Shown here one piece after another: positions 63,007 through 64,000 of a stretch of DNA of 64,000 nt. This DNA comes from Asterias rubens. Its lineage: Eukaryota. Made by a program: the position numbers and the translations under genes. A model generated the notes under the pieces. That model saw only the letters and a list, made by a program, of their open reading frames with translations. It did not search any database and was not told where the DNA came from. The stretch lies in contig NC_047075.1 of assembly GCF_902459465.1 (NCBI RefSeq), positions 5,766,001-5,830,000 on the forward strand, written 5' to 3'. Within the stretch, counting starts at the first letter, position 1. Each line of letters opens with the position of its first letter.

Positions 63007-64000
63007 GTACATTTTTGTGGTTGATTTGGATTTTTAAGGGATTCAAGGCAAACTTGGTATCAGTTTATGTCATAACTTATGATTGAAAATAGTATTGCTA
63101 TATCTGACCTGGATAAGGTACACGTAAACATGTATTGTATAGTTTGTATGATGTATGTGGAAAAAATATTCTAAAAAGAACTGAACTGAACTGAAATTAT
63201 AATTAATATTCATAAATACCTCAGACAGTTTCGCTATTCCTATTGGTGGAGAGCGCGTCACGTGGGTGTGTATGAACCTTTGTTTATAACCAGACAAAAA
63301 AGTGTTAATTCATGGGCGTGACACGCGACCTTGCACCTGTTCTTATAAGACAGTTTCTTCATTCCTATTGGTCGAGAGCAACGGCTGAAACAGTTGTGCC
63401 ACAACACGCGATACGGGCGACGCGCACAGCATTCCCCTATAAGGAATTGTTTCCCCGGGCGGCGGAGGGCTTTACCATTTCATAGCTGGAGGGGTGTTGT
63501 GTTGAAAGAAATCATTTAACAATTATAATTTTTGCATTTGTTTTACTTTTTGACTAAAAAGTGATGATGTTTTTGACCGAAAAGGTATTTATGAATGGGA
63601 ATCAATGAGTGTTGAATCGGTTTTCAACTAGTGGTTTAAACCCGCTGAGGCCTGGTTCTTAATAATTTACCTCGAGTTCGTGTCGGTAAAATTATCAAGA
63701 ACCAGGCCTCGTTGGGATTAAACCACTTGTTGAAAACCTCTTCACCACACATTGATTCCCTTAATTAATTCCCTTGGAGAGGAAGTCCTCAATTAAATTT
63801 TCTGTTAAATATTGTTTTGTTTTAGCAGAAACAACCAAATTTTTGCACCTCAATTTAAGGGTCCGAAAAACAGCAAACAGACATTGTAAAAGTTTTGTAC
63901 ATGTAGTTTGCTATGCCAGAAACAACAGTTTTCAAGCAGTAAATGCAATTTTGTGTTGTTCTTATGGATCGTTTAAACCATGAAATTTATTGACTTGCAT

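Noticed and set aside
1-64000. Frequent TACATGTA / TGTACA motifs as a local regulatory system
   Set aside because: Scattered evenly across the window; better explained as a genome-wide compositional feature.

Overview
Repeat-rich animal genomic DNA with two assembly gaps. The repeat families and frequent TACATGTA suggest an echinoderm, probably a sea star (inference). Two spliced host genes diverge. On the minus strand, a gene of at least 14 coding exons (~42.3 kb to 10.9 kb) encodes an F-BAR domain, a coiled-coil extension, a PKC-type C1 domain and a STAC-like 'VDPIYE' motif; no SH3 exons were found in the window. On the plus strand are four exons of LRRC72 (56.5-63.0 kb). The rest holds a wide range of transposon classes: a Penelope-like retroelement with a minimal hammerhead ribozyme in its 3' region, a Transib-type element with RSS-heptamer ends, a decayed piggyBac transposase, an Academ element, an internally deleted Tc1, an R4/Dong-type LINE beside a SINE tail, L2/CR1 fragments, many MITEs, and four tandem arrays (34/37, 77, 61 and 28 bp). 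All calls were made by eye, without database searches.
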